Origin: a virus
Lineage: Duplodnaviria; Heunggongvirae; Uroviricota; Caudoviricetes
Length of the DNA stretch: 64,000 nucleotides
Virus record (IMG/VR): IMGVR_UViG_3300012983_000003
Span: 1-64,000 of that record
Strand: one strand, 5' to 3'
Shown: positions 7,895 through 16,758 of the stretch, one piece after another
How the letters are laid out: every line of letters starts with the position of its first letter
Numbering within the stretch: position 1 is the first letter of the stretch
Notes under the pieces: model-generated
What the model was told of the DNA's origin: nothing
Databases searched by the model: none
Seen by the model: the letters and a program-made list of their open reading frames with translations, nothing else
Translations under genes and position numbers: made by a program

Positions 7895-9391
7895 GTGTTT
7901 AGACAGGCAATCAATCAGACGGCATTGACATCTGATGCCGCTAACAGTTATTTTGAGCACATTCGAGGCGATAGTTATAACGGAGATGTTACCTTCCTCT
8001 CTACTTTGAGAGCACTTATTGCACCTCGTATGGCTGACGGCGAGTCGTTGTTTTTACGATTTGACCAATCTAATCTCAACGAAAGTACAGTTCGTGAAAC
8101 TCAACCAAAAAGACTTATCACGCACTTACTTCGCAATGTTGACATCAATCAGCCCGGCGTGTGCTATATCCATAGCGTTCAGAGTGGACGGCAGGAAGAT
8201 AATACTGCGTGTTTGGATGTTATTAAGTCAAACTTTGCAAGAGTTTACAACGGGTGGCATAGACTGCCTCGCGTATCCGATTTGTTTAGAAGCCAGTTTT
8301 ATACTTTGTGCTTCGTAAATCCAGAACTGAAATCGGTGGCGGTGTTTGTTGACAGTCTAAGCCAAAGCAAGATGCACTACTTACAGTGTGCAATTCTTGG
8401 TTTCTTCCCGTGGTATTTTAGTCCAGAAAAAGGCGTTACTCAGGACGAAATGGACTTAATTAACACATTAAGAGCCAAGGAACCCAATGACTACTCCGCT
8501 TGTATCGCAAAACTTTCGGAAAGATATGATTTCAGAACCGCAAGACTTAAGCAACAGCTTGCTGGATTTGAAACGATGTATGAAAGACAGCAGTGTGATA
8601 ATGTTCGACATAATATTACGGACTGTGATAATAAAATCGAAAGATATAACCAAAGCATAAGCGAACAACTTACGTATCGTAGAGACCTTGAAATTCAACT
8701 GCTCGGTCTCGAAGCGAAGATTGCCGCCGGTGGAGAGAATTCCGAAATTATGGATTATTTCATCCATAATAAGAGACTTGACTTGGATTATGTTAATAAT
8801 TCCGAGATGGTATTCACCATTAAGGATTACTTGTCGTATTTTGATGAAGACGCGGCAAAGCGCATTATTGATAACAGAAACAGTGTTATATATATGCCTG
8901 AAGGAAGAACTTGCAACAACTACATTAACGCGGGTAAGGTCAAGGAATTGATGTATGCCATCTTTATTGACCAGACCATACGCATCAGAGTATGTGCTGC
9001 ATATAAGTTCTCACTGACAGGAAACGTACACGGAATATCTGACTATCGATTTGGAGCCGAATTTGCAGGATATATGCCTAATCCGCACATTCAAGGTTAT
9101 AGCTGTATGGGTAATTACAGCAGACCAATTAACGAGTCTTTGCAGAAACACGATTATATCTCTGCGCTTGAGCAAACTATTGCATCAGCTAAGAGTCTAA
9201 ACTTTACAGACGGTACGGTAATGTCGTACTTTATGAAGAGAGTTTATGGCTTAGGCGACGGAGAAAATACTCGTGCAAGACGCAAGTGGTTTGAGTTACC
9301 CGATGGCACTTGTGTGACATCGGCTCAGGCGGCTGACTGGGTATGGTCTCAGAACCATCCTGATGGACAGGGGGAAACGACGAATGAGTAA
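7895..9391 (+). CDS. Large hypothetical protein (498 aa, GTG start); C-terminal region has an HPN-like E2/UBC active-site-like motif
   Basis: MPNPHIQGYSCMG aligns with the spacing of UBC HPNxxxxGxICL; rest unrecognised. Confidence 0.45.
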   Translation: MFRQAINQTALTSDAANSYFEHIRGDSYNGDVTFLSTLRALIAPRMADGESLFLRFDQSNLNESTVRETQPKRLITHLLRNVDINQPGVCYIHSVQSGRQEDNTACLDVIKSNFARVYNGWHRLPRVSDLFRSQFYTLCFVNPELKSVAVFVDSLSQSKMHYLQCAILGFFPWYFSPEKGVTQDEMDLINTLRAKEPNDYSACIAKLSERYDFRTARLKQQLAGFETMYERQQCDNVRHNITDCDNKIERYNQSISEQLTYRRDLEIQLLGLEAKIAAGGENSEIMDYFIHNKRLDLDYVNNSEMVFTIKDYLSYFDEDAAKRIIDNRNSVIYMPEGRTCNNYINAGKVKELMYAIFIDQTIRIRVCAAYKFSLTGNVHGISDYRFGAEFAGYMPNPHIQGYSCMGNYSRPINESLQKHDYISALEQTIASAKSLNFTDGTVMSYFMKRVYGLGDGENTRARRKWFELPDGTCVTSAQAADWVWSQNHPDGQGETTNE

Positions 9392-10379
9392 GGTTATTAA
9401 ACTCACAACTGAACAGTTACAGGAGTGCCGTAGAGATTTCGATACGGCACTTTCTACTATGAAGCTTACTGACGGTAAGATTTCTTTTATCAAGACCATT
9501 ACTTCTCCAAACGAAAAAGCAACTCTTTACTTCGACCCGCTTGCGTGGCGAAAAATGCAGACTCTTATAAAAGAATTTGATAAAGAGGTTGCTTGGCACG
9601 GCGTTGCATATCGCGGCGAGGATGAAACCAAAAATGAGTATTTCATCACTGATATTTTGGTTTATCCCCAGAAAGTTACCGGTGCTACCGTAAACACTGA
9701 CCAAGAGAAGTACGAGATGTGGTTAATGCAACACGAGGACGAAGTGTTCAATAATATTCGTATGCAGGGACATTCCCACGTGAATATGGCAACTTCTCCC
9801 TCTGGTGTTGATGAAACACATCAGGCAAAAATCCTTGAACAGCTCGAAGATGATATGTTCTATATCTTCTTGATTTGGAACAAATCCAACTCTAAGTTCA
9901 TCAAGATTTATGACCTCAAAAAGAACATCTTATTTGAGACCATTGATGTAACCGTGGAAATTCTTGATGATGGCTCGGGTATCGACGAGTTCTTGGCTGA
10001 TGCTAAGAAGTTAGTCGAAGATAAGCCGACTACATACTACAACGGCGGCAGTTATTATAGTGGTAACAACGGTTATCGCGGTTCTTATTATAACGGTCAG
10101 GGTGGCTACAGTGGTAGCACGGGTCAGACAGAAGCTAAAAAGGAAGAACCTAAGTCAGACGACAAGACTGGCGGTAAGGTTTTATCCTTTGATGATGTTA
10201 ACAAACAAATAAAAAATGGTTCTCAGTACGGTAAGAACGGCAAACGCAAGGGTAAGCGTAAAAAAAAAGAAAACATCGTTAACCCTAATAATGCTTCATC
10301 CGGCACTACTCAATTAACACTCTTTGATAGTGTGGACGAAGACCCATTTGGCAATAACGATAATTTTTTCCCAACGTGA
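9384..10379 (+). CDS. JAB/MPN (JAMM) metalloprotease-domain protein with G/Y/S-rich and basic C-terminal tail
   Basis: HSHVNMATSPSGVD fits HxHx7Sx2D, with an upstream Glu in EVAWHG. Confidence 0.7.
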   Translation: MSKVIKLTTEQLQECRRDFDTALSTMKLTDGKISFIKTITSPNEKATLYFDPLAWRKMQTLIKEFDKEVAWHGVAYRGEDETKNEYFITDILVYPQKVTGATVNTDQEKYEMWLMQHEDEVFNNIRMQGHSHVNMATSPSGVDETHQAKILEQLEDDMFYIFLIWNKSNSKFIKIYDLKKNILFETIDVTVEILDDGSGIDEFLADAKKLVEDKPTTYYNGGSYYSGNNGYRGSYYNGQGGYSGSTGQTEAKKEEPKSDDKTGGKVLSFDDVNKQIKNGSQYGKNGKRKGKRKKKENIVNPNNASSGTTQLTLFDSVDEDPFGNNDNFFPT

Positions 10380-10389
10380 GGTGAGCTAA

Positions 10390-10917
10390 TTGACAAGGCA
10401 AGAGTTTCTTGATGAGATTACCACTTGGTATGATTTGATTGAATGGTGCAATAACCATATGTGTTCTTATTGCGATGATATCTATAGCGATGAAGCACGA
10501 GATGAATACATTGACGAAGACCTTGTAGATATGGCTCGTAATAATAACTGGTATGAGTTAAGGGATATTCTCAGTAATCTCGCAACGGGACACGATTATT
10601 GGCGCAGAGATGAATACGGCGATTGGCACGGCGTTGATGACGAATTCGACGAATATTTCAACGATGTGCTTGAATGGGCTGATGAGAATGGCGAGTTCGA
10701 TGAAGAGGAAGAAGAACCCCTCTTTGTAGATGAAGATGACTACGAAGACGAAGCTGATGAATTTACCGTAGATACATCGGTAGCATTGGGTGATTTCTTC
10801 GCCTCGTCTGCCGACAACCTAACCAAAATCACATCAGAAGTAAAGGCTAACGAAGCCAAAGCAAATGCAGATTTCGATAAATTTACCCAACGAGTAACAA
10901 CCGTTGGAGATTATTAA
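10390..10917 (+). CDS. Highly acidic protein (TTG start); DNA-mimic candidate
   Basis: D/E-rich; runs of EEEEE. Confidence 0.45.
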   Translation: MTRQEFLDEITTWYDLIEWCNNHMCSYCDDIYSDEARDEYIDEDLVDMARNNNWYELRDILSNLATGHDYWRRDEYGDWHGVDDEFDEYFNDVLEWADENGEFDEEEEEPLFVDEDDYEDEADEFTVDTSVALGDFFASSADNLTKITSEVKANEAKANADFDKFTQRVTTVGDY

Positions 10918-10934
10918 GAAGGGAGATAATGCCA

Positions 10935-11609
10935 ATGATGGATTTAAGTAAATCCTACGAGTTTTTCCAGCCTGAAAAGTATGACGGCAGAATTCACATC
11001 ATCGGATGTGGTTCGGTAGGCTCGACATTAGCAGAAAACCTCGCTCGTTGTGGGGTTACAAAAATGACACTTTGGGATTTCGATACAGTCGAAAGCCACA
11101 ACATTGTAAATCAGATGTTCTCTCAACAGCACATCGGTAAGTCCAAGGTTGAAGCACTTGCAGATATCTTGGTTGACATTAACCCCTACATCAAGGACGA
11201 GCTTGAGCTTCAGCCGAAAGGTTGGCAGGGCAAACTGCTTTCCGGCTATATCTTCCTTTGTGTTGATAGCATTGAACTTCGCAGAGCGTTTGTCGAAAAG
11301 CATATGGACAGTCCGTATGTAAAAGCGGTATTTGATTTCCGAACTCTCCTCGAAAGTGCTCAGCACTACGCAGCGGATTGGTCGGACTACAAGATGAAGC
11401 AGACGCTTCTCAACTCAATGCAGTTCTCCCACGAGGAAGCCGCAGAAGAAACTCCCGTTTCTGCTTGTGGTATCACTCTTGGTGTAGCAACTACCGTTCG
11501 CCTTGTGTGTGCACTTGGCGTAAACAACTTCATCAACTTTGTAAAAGGCAACGGGATAAAGAAATTCGTTATGATTGACGGGTTCCGCTTTATCTTGGAT
11601 GCGTTCTAA
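10935..11609 (+). CDS. Minimal E1-like ThiF/MoeB/HesA-family adenylyltransferase
   Basis: [20 protein letters not shown]...[14 protein letters not shown] is the Rossmann/E1 signature; no rhodanese domain or CxxC. Confidence 0.7.
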   Translation: MMDLSKSYEFFQPEKYDGRIHIIGCGSVGSTLAENLARCGVTKMTLWDFDTVESHNIVNQMFSQQHIGKSKVEALADILVDINPYIKDELELQPKGWQGKLLSGYIFLCVDSIELRRAFVEKHMDSPYVKAVFDFRTLLESAQHYAADWSDYKMKQTLLNSMQFSHEEAAEETPVSACGITLGVATTVRLVCALGVNNFINFVKGNGIKKFVMIDGFRFILDAF

Positions 11610-12157
11610 TGAAGACTCGTTATAATCTGCTTGGTCAAACTTTTGATAGGTTAAAAGTAATTGAAGAAGTTGAGCCCTATATAGAACCATCCGGTAAGAA
11701 ACGATACCGATGGAAATGTTTGTGCGAGTGTGGCAATGAAACCATTGTTACAACTTGCAACTTACGAACTGGGCACACCCGAAGTTGTGGATGTCTGGAA
11801 GAGGAAGCTATATCAAGGATTTCTCACGACCCAAACATTCGCAGCAAAATTGCAAAGGCAAAAGTGAGACACGGACAATCTCATAGCAGATTATACGGGG
11901 TTTGGAACGCAATGAAACAACGGTGTCAAAACCCTAATAACGAAAAATATGCTTTGTATGGTGGTCGAGGGATAACCGTTTGTGAAGAATGGTTATCTTT
12001 CGACAATTTTTATGAATGGGCTATGCAAAGCGGATACGATGCTAACGCCCAGTATAGTGATTGCACTATCGATAGAATAGACCCGAACGGAAATTACGAA
12101 CCGTCAAACTGTCGATGGGCTAACGCTAAAACCCAAGCAAACAACAGACGAAACTAA
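11609..12157 (+). CDS. Putative HNH-family homing endonuclease (phage HNH with [11 protein letters not shown]...[12 protein letters not shown] module)
   Basis: Motif typical of phage HNH/AP2-type homing endonucleases; N-terminal Cys cluster. Confidence 0.6.
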   Translation: MKTRYNLLGQTFDRLKVIEEVEPYIEPSGKKRYRWKCLCECGNETIVTTCNLRTGHTRSCGCLEEEAISRISHDPNIRSKIAKAKVRHGQSHSRLYGVWNAMKQRCQNPNNEKYALYGGRGITVCEEWLSFDNFYEWAMQSGYDANAQYSDCTIDRIDPNGNYEPSNCRWANAKTQANNRRN

Positions 12158-12167
12158 TTTTAATTTA

Positions 12168-12481
12168 ATTTAACTGTAATGTTATCTGTTTCTTCCCCGA
12201 AGAAATGGCTTCTTACTGTTAGTGGAAGTAACAACTTGAGCAGAGCACGATACAGACAACCAGCAAAAACAGAGAAAGAAGACAGCGTTCCGATAAGCTT
12301 TTGTTTAATCATAAACCCATCTATTTGTCAAGTGTTTTCTACATTTATTTCTACGAAAGCATTGCGTTGCAACTCTTTCCCTAATTATTTTGCCAAGAAT
12401 TTGACCTGTTTTTCGAGTCTCAAGACACTTGTTTTAACGCGTTTAAAACAATCGTATTTCTATATTAGATTACAGTTAAAT
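12168..12481 (+). ncRNA. Candidate retron-like non-coding RNA (msr/msd-like) bounded by 13-nt inverted repeats
   Basis: atttaactgtaat (12168-12180) and attacagttaaat (12469-12481) form a perfect inverted repeat ending 22 nt before the RT start; internal hairpins; the 12179-12499 ORF is not credible. Confidence 0.5.
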
Positions 12482-12503
12482 CAATACGAACGGAGGTAAA
12501 TGA

Positions 12504-13874
12504 ATGTATTACATCACTGTTATGCAATCACCGATGTATCATCAGATGACTTTGGAAGAATTTTTGTTTGAAACAGAAAGTCGTCCGCAACTCATTAACC
12601 CCAATATGACCAACACTCGTACATACGAGGTTGAGAGTATCAGCGATAAGTTCTTGGAGCGTATTGATGTTGCAAAGTTAATCACGGCATTGGTGCAGTT
12701 CAATGAGGCTTTTGAGTCAGTACACAATCAGCCTCGCGAAAGCCTTTACAACACTTTCTATACCGAAAAGAAAGGTAAAGGTATGCCTTATGTATTCAAG
12801 AAAATGTTTGAAATTCAGAAGTCTTATGTCGAGTGCGACAGCTCTGCGGTTTGCAAAGAGGTTGGCACTACTTTAAGACAGATGTTAAGTCAGCACTCTA
12901 CCGATACCGATGCGGCTATTACCAAAACCGCAGTTGACCATTGTGTTAAGTATCTCACCGAGAACGGCTTTACTATCACATCTGAACAGCTTACTTCTAT
13001 CGTCAAGGAAGCATATCGTAGAATTGATGCTCCCAAGGACGAGTTATCCAACGCATTAAGACAGCTCAAGACTATCTTTGAGGAAAGATTTAATGCGTTA
13101 TATCACACCTCGGCTTTCGCCTATGTCAAGCGCCGTAGCACTTTGGATGCGGTTAAGCGTCATCAGGCAAACGAAAGCAAGTGGTTTGGTAAGTATGACT
13201 TATCGAACTTCTTTGGAAGCACAACCGTTGAATTCGTTATGAAGATGTTTTCAATGGTCTTCCCGTTCTCTGAGGTTGTGAAAGAACCCGTCGGTAAGAA
13301 CGCGCTCGAAACTGCAATTTCCCTTTGTATGTTAAACGGCGGTCTTCCGCAGGGTACTCCCATTTCCCCGCTGATTACTAACATTATGATGATACCTGTT
13401 GACTTTAAGTTAGCCAACGGTCTCAGAGATTTTAATAATCAGCGTTACATTTACACCAGATACGCGGATGACTTCCTCGTTTCTTCTAAATATGACTTTA
13501 AGTTCAGAGAAATCGAACAGTTCATCGTTGATACTTTGGCAAGTTTCGATGCTCCGTTCACCATTAAAGCCGAGAAGACTCGATACGGTTCTTCCGCTGG
13601 TTCTAATTGGAACCTCGGTGTAATGCTCAACAAGGATAATAACATCACTGTTGGGTATGAAAAGAAACGCAAGTTCCAAGCGATGCTCGCATCCTATGTG
13701 AAAGACCGTCAGAACGGTAATCCTTGGGATTTATCCGACATTCGCATTATGGAAGGTTATCGCAACTACTACAGAATGGTCGAGGGTGAAACCATCGACA
13801 AGTTAGTAGCGCACGTCGGCAATAAACTCGGCGTGGATATTGTTGAGCTTATCAAGGAAGACTTGAGAGCATAA
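12504..13874 (+). CDS. Reverse transcriptase, retron/Abi-like (not DGR type), with ~200-aa N-terminal extension
   Basis: RT motifs FAYVKRRSTLDAVKRH, KYDLSNFFGST, GLPQGTPISPLITNIMM, RYADDFLVSS. Confidence 0.85.
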   Translation: MYYITVMQSPMYHQMTLEEFLFETESRPQLINPNMTNTRTYEVESISDKFLERIDVAKLITALVQFNEAFESVHNQPRESLYNTFYTEKKGKGMPYVFKKMFEIQKSYVECDSSAVCKEVGTTLRQMLSQHSTDTDAAITKTAVDHCVKYLTENGFTITSEQLTSIVKEAYRRIDAPKDELSNALRQLKTIFEERFNALYHTSAFAYVKRRSTLDAVKRHQANESKWFGKYDLSNFFGSTTVEFVMKMFSMVFPFSEVVKEPVGKNALETAISLCMLNGGLPQGTPISPLITNIMMIPVDFKLANGLRDFNNQRYIYTRYADDFLVSSKYDFKFREIEQFIVDTLASFDAPFTIKAEKTRYGSSAGSNWNLGVMLNKDNNITVGYEKKRKFQAMLASYVKDRQNGNPWDLSDIRIMEGYRNYYRMVEGETIDKLVAHVGNKLGVDIVELIKEDLRA

Positions 13875-14517
13875 AGTTTCCAGTAATGTTATGACCAAGA
13901 TTTTATATTTTGGAGCTTCTCACTTTTAGTGGAAGTAACACGATGGCAAGAGGAAAACCAGAGATGACCCAGATGCAGACGGCTGCCTCTTCGTCTAATT
14001 TAGACGCCGGCATCCACTGTTCACATTCCGCCATCAGCAAAACCGTTGCATTGCAACGGTAAGGTAATCAGAAACCTTGCTGGTTTCCGGATACTTAGTA
14101 CCGCGGGCTCTCCTCCAGTAACGGTATTTCTGTAATAGATTACGGAAACGAAATTAAATCCATTAAGAACCCTGTTTGTGATGTATTGTATTCCTTTGAA
14201 TACACTTCTCGCTCTTAGCAGAAGTTTCATCTTGACGAGAACAGGACGGTGAGGAACTGGGAGTAAGACGACTGAAGTCGGAACCCTCCACGGGTTAATT
14301 TTCAGAGATTTCGTCATCAGTTGACATAATAACTGTCGGGAAATGGTTGCGTTGCAACCCAGCCCAATCCGAATTCCAAATCCGAACTGCTGTTTAACCA
14401 TCAAGTTAGCTTCCATCTCAGACATCTTTCAGGATTAGCGCTGCGGCTATTCTAATGTGGATTACATTCAGAGTTCTTATTGGATAAACCAAACTTAGAT
14501 TTTATTAACGAAAGCAG
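13875..14517 (+). ncRNA. Structured non-coding island downstream of the RT (hairpin-element copies, GTTGC-N3-GCAAC hairpins)
   Basis: 643 nt without credible ORF; several perfect stems (14043-14059, 14345-14359, 14204-14224). Confidence 0.4.
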
Positions 14518-14754
14518 GTGTATATTATGACCGTTTTTGATAGGTTTATGGAATTAACAAAAGAATTCACAGATATACACGATGCTTTCAAAGAATTATA
14601 TAACGAAATATGTAGGTTAAACCCAGACGATTTTGATAAAGCGTTATCCGATTTCGTAGACCTATATCACTCTGGTGATATATCCACACAACCTATCGTT
14701 GAAGAAAGTAGTCAAGAATTAAATCAGTTTCTTGCTGGATTTGAGGTGTCATAA
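14518..14754 (+). CDS. Hypothetical small protein
   Basis: ORF with RBS. Confidence 0.4.
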   Translation: MYIMTVFDRFMELTKEFTDIHDAFKELYNEICRLNPDDFDKALSDFVDLYHSGDISTQPIVEESSQELNQFLAGFEVS

Positions 14755-14984
14755 TGAATTGCTACACTTTCGATGAATTTATTGAGCAGGTGTATAAACC
14801 TCGTGATTATTGCAAGAGATTTGCAGTGATAGACCTTTACGAAACGCTAATGCAATACAATCGCGGAGTAATACTTTCTATTGATGGTGAGGAATTTAAG
14901 GTTGTTCCGCATAGTCAAGAGGTTGTTAAGGAATGTAGTCCAGAAATGAATGACTTTATAAATTGTTTTGCACAGGTGGTGTGA
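14754..14984 (+). CDS. Hypothetical small protein
   Basis: ORF, translationally coupled. Confidence 0.4.
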   Translation: MNCYTFDEFIEQVYKPRDYCKRFAVIDLYETLMQYNRGVILSIDGEEFKVVPHSQEVVKECSPEMNDFINCFAQVV

Positions 14985-14987
14985 TGA

Positions 14988-15248
14988 ATGAATATCGCTA
15001 AATTATGTGAGTTGCTTAACTTTATCAAAGTTAATAATTCGTGGGGTACTGATATGTATTACATCAACCACGAAAGAAATCGCAAATCAATTAAGTATGT
15101 GGATTTCTGCTTCGATAGTAGAGACGGTAGTATATGGTACATCAAATGCCGTGCTGTTACTGGAGAACCAGATAAGGAATTTCGCATAGAAAACCAAAAG
15201 GATTTGGATAAGTTTTACGAGTGGCTTAATGAGCCTTTGAATAAATAA
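14988..15248 (+). CDS. Hypothetical small protein
   Basis: ORF. Confidence 0.4.
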   Translation: MNIAKLCELLNFIKVNNSWGTDMYYINHERNRKSIKYVDFCFDSRDGSIWYIKCRAVTGEPDKEFRIENQKDLDKFYEWLNEPLNK

Positions 15249-15288
15249 ATTCAGGATGGTTTTTGTCTTTTAAGGACTATCCAATTAG

Positions 15289-15318
15289 CCGTTGTGTTGC
15301 AACGGGTTTTAAAAAATT
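15289..15318 (+). terminator. Stem-loop ccgttg..caacgg followed by ttttaaaaaa
   Basis: Hairpin plus T-run. Confidence 0.5.
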
Positions 15319-15353
15319 CTACAACCTAAGTGGTTGTAAAACGGAAAGGAGTG

Positions 15354-16172
15354 GTTGTTTTGACGAACAGAGAAGTTGCGAATAAGTTGTTCGACTATAT
15401 TCGTAAGAATTCTAAATTTGACCCGTATGATATTGAGTACGGAGATACATATTTCGTCTTTACCGGCGACCCAGATAGTGTAATTCACTTTCGAGTAAAA
15501 GGTGTCAGTAAACAATGGAAGTTTGGTATGTGGGTACACGCTGAATTCCTTGGCGACAGCGAACACTCCGAAGACCCCGTTATTCAGTTCTTCGCCCAGT
15601 GGGAAAAGGATATTGATAAGTTCAAGCCATCACGAAGCGATATTTGTGTAAAAATAACCGCACAACAGTTTGCCGAAGATGTCGATAACGATGGTTGGAT
15701 GTATTACGATATTATGCACGCACTTGATATGATGAGAAATCACCCTATTCTCTGTTATTGCGGAATTTGTGGAGAAGATGGTTATGGATATACAAGCATC
15801 AAGAGCTTCACTTGGTATTTTATCAAGGGCGAATTTTATCATTTCAAAAAGGCAGTCTCGAAAGCATTGATGACTGCAATTTTCCTGCCGATTTGCAAAT
15901 TCAAGGTATGGAGAGCAAATCGCCACAAGTGTGTAGAACTATGCGAGATATATAATTTCGAGAAACGGAACCCCGGATGGTCTACATCACACGATTACTG
16001 TATCGAGTGTAATTTTAAAGAGTCGGCTACCGATGAAGAAATGTATAAGGTGGCTCGCATCTTTAAGAGACAAAGATATGGTAAGTATGGTTGTTTCCAG
16101 AGAGTCGCAGAGATTGACTGCTATACTCAAACAGGTAGAGACGGTTGTTTTGGATTTTCGTTTGATGATTGA
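15354..16172 (+). CDS. Hypothetical Cys-rich protein (start uncertain, TTG or GTG)
   Basis: ORF with AAAGGAG RBS; multiple CxxC motifs. Confidence 0.45.
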   Translation, partial: VVLTNREVANKLFDYIRKNSKFDPYDIEYGDTYFVFTGDPDSVIHFRVKGVSKQWKFGMWVHAEFLGDSEHSEDPVIQFFAQWEKDIDKFKPSRSDICVKITAQQFAEDVDNDGWMYYDIMHALDMMRNHPILCYCGICGEDGYGYTSIKSFTWYFIKGEFYHFKKAVSKALMTAIFLPICKFKVWRANRHKCVELCEIYNFEKRNPGWSTSHDYCIECNFKESATDEEMYKVARIFKRQRYGKYGCFQRVAEIDCYTQTGRDGCFGFSFDD

Positions 16173-16183
16173 GGTGAATAATT

Positions 16184-16483
16184 TTGAGATTTCATATAGA
16201 ACAGTATCCCGGCAAGTATGTTATGCACTGTAAAACCGAAGAAGAAGCACAAATCTTCTTAGAGTTTTTATCAAGCATCGGTAGGACTTGGTGTGATGGT
16301 AAGAGTTATCTTGAAAACCTTAATTATAATTACGAAGGTCAGACAGCTTATGCTTTTAACGAAGGTAGATATGGAAGAACCGACAGACAACCCGAACTTG
16401 GTTTCAAGGTCATAAACTTTGATGATTTCGACTGGGACGACGATATCACCCCCCTCGAGCCGCGACCTTCAGCGTCTCGATAA
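16184..16483 (+). CDS. Hypothetical protein
   Basis: ORF. Confidence 0.4.
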   Translation: MRFHIEQYPGKYVMHCKTEEEAQIFLEFLSSIGRTWCDGKSYLENLNYNYEGQTAYAFNEGRYGRTDRQPELGFKVINFDDFDWDDDITPLEPRPSASR

Positions 16484-16673
16484 TTTCTTTGCACAGTTTG
16501 CTGTTAATAAGCTATAAACGCTCTAATACCAGAGCTTTATAAAACCTCCCGAAAGTGCGCCGGCATACTACAAATCGGTATTGAGTTGTAGGTAAGAAAC
16601 GACAGGTAATGAGCCGACCTATCTGGAGCGCAGCCAGACAACGAAAGTTGGTCGAAACCGCGGGAGTATATAT

Positions 16674-16758
16674 GCGGATATGCTGGAATTGGCAGACAGG
16701 CACGTTTGAGGGGCGTGTGCTGAATAGCGTGTGGGTTCAAGTCCCACTATCCGCACCA
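16674..16758 (+). tRNA. tRNA-like gene, type II (long variable arm), with apparent 9-nt anticodon loop tttgagggg (TGA core; Ser-like?)
   Basis: Acceptor gcggata/tatccgc, T-arm gtggg-ttcaagt-cccac, encoded CCA; anticodon arm non-canonical. Confidence 0.5.

Noticed and set aside
12179-12499. 106-aa plus-strand ORF between the HNH gene and the RT
   Set aside because: No RBS, low-complexity translation, and it lies entirely inside the inverted-repeat-bounded structured region; better explained as non-coding RNA.
12504-13874. Diversity-generating retroelement (DGR) interpretation of the RT
   Set aside because: Motif 4 is QGxxxSP, not the DGR I/LGxxxSQ. No template/variable repeat pair of about 100 bp with adenine-specific differences was found; only 10-21-nt repeats.
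14021-14425. 134-aa minus-strand ORF in the island downstream of the RT
   Set aside because: It runs antisense through hairpins and palindromes, has no RBS, and everything else nearby is plus-strand.
12160-14520. Group II intron interpretation
   Set aside because: No GUGYG 5' end or domain V consensus, no maturase/X domain after the RT, and the RT motifs are closer to the retron/Abi type.
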